A stretch of DNA of 64,000 bases, from assembly GCA_964016885.1 (NCBI GenBank), contig OZ024740.1:101246001-101310000 (forward strand). The letters run 5' to 3'. The translations under genes were made by a program, and so were the position numbers. The stretch is from Eledone cirrhosa. Taxonomy: Eukaryota. This document shows positions 59,150 to 64,000 of this stretch, piece by piece; the stretch's first letter is position 1; each line of letters opens with the position of its first letter. Below the pieces are notes generated by a model. That model was not told the origin of the DNA. It made no database searches and worked only from the letters and a program-made list of their open reading frames with translations.

Positions 59150-59157
<8 letters not shown>
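58403..59157 (+). mobile_element. Non-coding HHR-bearing unit: partial tandem (period 536 bp) plus inverted 5' arm of about 140 bp
   Basis: Inverted repeat 58403-58544 / 58561-58709; direct repeat 58540-58621 / 59076-59157; TA tracts on both sides. Confidence 0.85.
58907..58989 (+). ncRNA. Type I hammerhead ribozyme motif
   Basis: ttacacacg-CTGATGA-accgaga..tctctggc-GAAA-catatc..gatttg-TA-cgtgtgtaa; perfect 9-bp stem I; GUA site. Confidence 0.8.
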
Positions 59158-59247
<90 letters not shown>

Positions 59248-59251
59248 CGTA

Positions 59252-59339
<88 letters not shown>

Positions 59340-59342
<3 letters not shown>

Positions 59343-59800
59343 TTTTTTCCGTTGTGTTGTAATATAAATATTACACACAGTAGATTATCAGCTCACGTAG
59401 AGTTTGCTCGACGGTTCCAGTTGTAGTTCCAAAAGTAATCCGGAGAAAAATAGAAAGATTTGAATGGATACAGTTTAGTTGAAAGGAATTTATTGACACG
59501 TGTTTCTATAACAGTTACATAACCTAAAACAGCTATCTATATCCCCCAACTATATAAACCTTAATCTAGTTAGAAAAATATAAAAACAATCTCTTTTCAA
59601 CATATATTAATAACCTTAAATTACCATACTAATAATGAAAAGATATGCTAATGAGAATAGGTACAAATATGCGATAATGAATGTGTCTAAAAACGTCCAT
59701 AAGTATGTATATATATGTGAAAATGTATATAAATAAGTAAATATATATATATGTTTGATGTGTATAGTTAGATGTAAGTGTATTCATGTATTAAAGTGTT

Positions 59801-59849
<49 letters not shown>

Positions 59850-59850
59850 G

Positions 59851-59895
<45 letters not shown>

Positions 59896-60636
59896 GTATG
59901 TGTATATATGTATATATATATGTGTATGTATGTATGTGTATATGGATGTGTATGTATGTGTATGTGTGTACACATGGACTAGAGTATGTATGTATATATG
60001 TGTGTGTCTATACGTGTGTATAAGATAAGTTGAGTATGAAAATGTATACACATGAGCGCGTATGTATGTACATGAATACATGTGTGTATATATATGTGTA
60101 TGCATGTGTATATATATGTAAGTATGAATATGTGAATTGTGAGTATATGTATTTTGTAGAGGTGTGCAAATATATTTGTGTGTGAATGCGTGGGTGAAAG
60201 AATACGTACACTTGAAAGAAAAATTTAAGTCTGAATGTTAAGTGCAAACACAAAACCAACCACGCATATCTTTACTATCTCTAATCCTTCTATAGATTTA
60301 GAAAAATAACCAATAATATATTCTATAAAAAATGTCAAAACAACAGATGGGAATCTAATTAATCACTGCCACCAAGAATTCTCACTGCTATCGAAAAACC
60401 ACTCCTTCAACTATTCTTCTAACAACTTCACCCCTTCCTCCTAATATTCTCTATAAAAACTAAATAGGTCCTCAGTAATATTATTCTGATGAAATGACAG
60501 TAAACAATAACATTGAAATATTGAATGTCTGCATAACTAAAAGTTTGTAGATAGCTGTTTTAGGTTATGTAACTGTTATAGAAACACGTGTCAATAAATT
60601 CCTTTCAACTAAACTGTATCCATTCAAATCTTTCTA
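59340..60636. mobile_element. pLTR-type unit with 89-bp inverted repeats
   Basis: 59451-59539 is the reverse complement of 60548-60636; the repeat contains the HHR 3' half. Confidence 0.8.
60481..60597 (+). ncRNA. Type I hammerhead ribozyme motif with long stem II
   Basis: ttatt-CTGATGA-aatgacagt...actgttata-GAAA-cacgtg-TC-aataa; GUC site; palindromic stem III. Confidence 0.75.
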
Positions 60637-60638
60637 TA

Positions 60639-60678
<40 letters not shown>

Positions 60679-60745
60679 CACATATATATATATATATATA
60701 CACATATATATATATATATTCATATACATATATATATATATATAC

Positions 60746-60808
<63 letters not shown>

Positions 60809-60839
60809 ATACGTATATATATATATGTATATATATACG

Positions 60840-60897
<58 letters not shown>

Positions 60898-60898
60898 G

Positions 60899-60956
<58 letters not shown>

Positions 60957-61021
60957 GTATATATATATATATATACGTATATATATATATAGATATATAA
61001 TATATATATATATATATATAG

Positions 61022-61116
<95 letters not shown>

Positions 61117-61141
61117 GTATATATATATATATATATATACG

Positions 61142-61173
<32 letters not shown>

Positions 61174-61327
61174 CATACTTATGTATGTATATATATATAC
61201 ATACTTATGTATATATATACTTACTTATGTATGTATATATATATACATACTTATGTATATATACTTACTTATGTATGTATATACATACTTATGTATATAT
61301 ATATACATACTTATGTATATATATACT

Positions 61328-61384
<57 letters not shown>

Positions 61385-61385
61385 G

Positions 61386-61446
<61 letters not shown>

Positions 61447-61489
61447 GTATATATATATATATATACGTATATATATATATATATACGTA

Positions 61490-61634
<145 letters not shown>

Positions 61635-61672
61635 ATATATATATATATATACGTATATATATATATATATAC

Positions 61673-61703
<31 letters not shown>

Positions 61704-61731
61704 CGTATATATATATATATATATATATACG

Positions 61732-61763
<32 letters not shown>

Positions 61764-61798
61764 TATATATATATATACACATATATATATATATACAC

Positions 61799-61856
<58 letters not shown>

Positions 61857-62193
61857 GGAGGCATATGGCTTAGTGGTTAGAGCATTGGCCTTGCAATCGA
61901 AAGGTTGTGAGTTCAATTCTCAGACCGGGTCATGTGTTGTTTCCTTGAGCAAGACACTTTATTTCACATTGCTCCAGTTTACTCAGCTGTAGAAATGAGA
62001 TGATAGGGACTGGGGTCCCTATCATTCCACTGCAAAGTGGTCGTGGAGGTGCCACGGCAAAAAAGCACCCAGCACTCACTGTAAATGAGGTTGGTGTTAG
62101 GAAGGGCATCCAGCTGTAGAAATCAAGCCAGAATCAGTTCCCGTCCCACCCTTGCAAGCAGGGAAAAGTGGACGTAAAAATGATGATGATGAT
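61857..62193 (+). mobile_element. Full-length tRNA-derived CORE-like SINE with RTE-type tail
   Basis: A and B boxes; ccttgagcaagacactt..cagtttactcagctgtagaaatg; tail shared with the RTE 3' UTR; (GAT)n. Confidence 0.93.
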
Positions 62194-62318
62194 ATATATA
62201 TATATATGTGTATATATGTGAAGTAATTACATCGGAAAAGTCCAGGAAAAAAGAGTGCTCTATGTAGGCAACAGAGCTTAATTATTATTATTATGTAATA
62301 AACAACATAAGGCAATTA

Positions 62319-62377
62319 TTCCATTTACCAGTGGTTTCTTAAAAGCAAAAGGTTTTGCTTTCAATCCTCAGAATGAA
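62319..62377 (-). ncRNA. Type I hammerhead ribozyme motif (mirror copy)
   Basis: Reverse complement of 62428-62486. Confidence 0.82.
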
Positions 62378-62427
62378 AAATCCTGGTTTGTTTATTGAAT
62401 CCAAATTCAATAAAGAAACCAGGATTT

Positions 62428-62486
62428 TTCATTCTGAGGATTGAAAGCAAAACCTTTTGCTTTTAAGAAACCACTGGTAAATGGAA
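62428..62486 (+). ncRNA. Canonical type I hammerhead ribozyme motif
   Basis: ttcatt-CTGAGGA-ttgaaagcaaa acct tttgcttttaa-GAAA-cc act gg-TA-aatggaa. Confidence 0.85.
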
Positions 62487-62515
62487 TAATTGCCTTATGT
62501 TGTTTATTACATAAT

Positions 62516-62561
<46 letters not shown>

Positions 62562-62601
62562 GTATATATATATATATATATAGATATATATATATATATA
62601 C

Positions 62602-62635
<34 letters not shown>

Positions 62636-62654
62636 GTATATATATATATATACG

Positions 62655-62686
<32 letters not shown>

Positions 62687-62883
62687 CATACTTATGTATG
62701 TATATATACTTACTTATGTATGTATATACATACTTATGTATATATATATACATACTTATGTATATATATACATACTTATGTATATATATATACTTACTTA
62801 TGTATATACATACTTATGTATATATATATACTTACTTATGTATATATATATACATACTTATGTATATATATACTTACTTATGT

Positions 62884-62933
<50 letters not shown>

Positions 62934-62999
62934 GTATATATATATACATATACATACTTATGTATATATATATATATACGTATATATATATACATATAC

Positions 63000-64000
63000 A
63001 TCATCATCATCATCATCATCACCGTTTTACGTCCGTTCTTCCACGCTAGCATGGGTTAGACGGGTTGTCCTGTTGTGGGCAGTGTCTGGTCGGCTGACCA
63101 TGCCTTGCTCATACAGGAACTGATCTGGCTTGATTTCTACAGCTGGATGCCCTTCCTAACACCAACCTCATTTACAGTGAGTGCTGGGTGCTTTTTCGTG
63201 GCGCCTACACGTCCACTTTACAGTGTGGGCTGGGTGCTTTTTTGCCGTGGCACCTCCACGACCACCTTGCGGTGGGGGGGGGGGGGGGGGGCATATTGTT
63301 TATATGCTTCAGCATGTACCCATGGGAGGTCGGGTACCCTGTATTACTGCGTGACGCCAGAAGTCACGGTCGTGTGTCATTGACTTTGAGAGGTGTAGTT
63401 GGGTAAGGTCGGCTTTTATCACCTCATCCCAAGTCATCTTGGGTCTCCCCACTCCGCGGTTTCCATCAACTTCTAGTGCTCTGCACCTTTTTATGCAGCT
63501 GTCATCCTTCATACGCATCACATGTCCATACCAGCGTAACCGCCTCTCCTGCACGCAGCATTTGATTCCTCTTATGCTCAGTCTCTCTCTCAATTCATTT
63601 ATGCTTTGTCGTTCACGTATATTACTGTTACACATCCATCGGAGCATGCAGGCTTCGTTTCTCTCTAATCTACGTAAGTCTTCCACCTTCAGCGCCCAGG
63701 TCTCACTACCATGCAACATCGCTGTTCGGATACACGCATCATACAGTCTGCCTTTCATTCTGAGGGAGAAGCCTTTTGCAGCTAGCAGTGGTAGTAGTTC
63801 CCTAAACTTCTTCCATCCCGTTCTTACCCTAGTTATTGTACTTTCTGAGCACCCACCTCCGTTGCTAATTCGGTCACCTAGGTAGCAGAAGCTGTCTACT
63901 GTTTCTACAGGGCCCTCCCAGAGATTGGTGGTACTTGTTTCCTGTGGCTGTTTGCTTGCTGTTTCAGCACAGCTGCTGCATGTGAATCCTACATTCTTAA
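63000..64000 (-). mobile_element. RTE subfamily B, continuing beyond the window
   Basis: [37 protein letters not shown]; (GAT)n tail at 63000-63020. Confidence 0.95.

Larger units (their letters stand above)
62284..62521. repeat. 238-bp near-perfect palindrome carrying two divergent hammerheads
   Basis: Arms symmetric about the ccaa loop at 62401-62404; one mismatch seen. Confidence 0.95.

Noticed and set aside
61857-61930. tRNA gene
   Set aside because: Has A and B boxes but no proper acceptor stem and continues into a SINE body; multiple copies

Overview
AT-rich eukaryotic DNA made almost entirely of (TA)n/(TATG)n/(TACA)n microsatellite tracts and transposable elements. The repeat repertoire (RTE LINEs with (GAT)n tails, CORE-like and Meta-like tRNA-derived SINEs, many Penelope-like elements) suggests a cephalopod, probably Octopus; this is inference only. 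No host gene could be supported, and the many YIYI ORFs are microsatellite artefacts. Supported elements: a near full-length decayed RTE LINE and about nine fragments (a PHD-type finger is inserted inside their RT), two CR1-like LINE families, a decayed RLE-type (R4/NeSL-like) LINE, three Penelope-like element (PLE) coding fragments plus an upstream coiled-coil ORF, a non-autonomous Helitron, solo LTRs, MITEs and several SINEs. The main finding is a set of type I hammerhead ribozyme (HHR) motifs: eight complete (five canonical cores, two of them back-to-back in a 238-bp palindrome, and three with a compensatory U3-A8 core) plus several half-ribozymes. They lie in PLE pseudo-LTR or retrozyme-like units embedded in TA tracts, often with fold-back junctions. 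All folds were done by eye and are untested.
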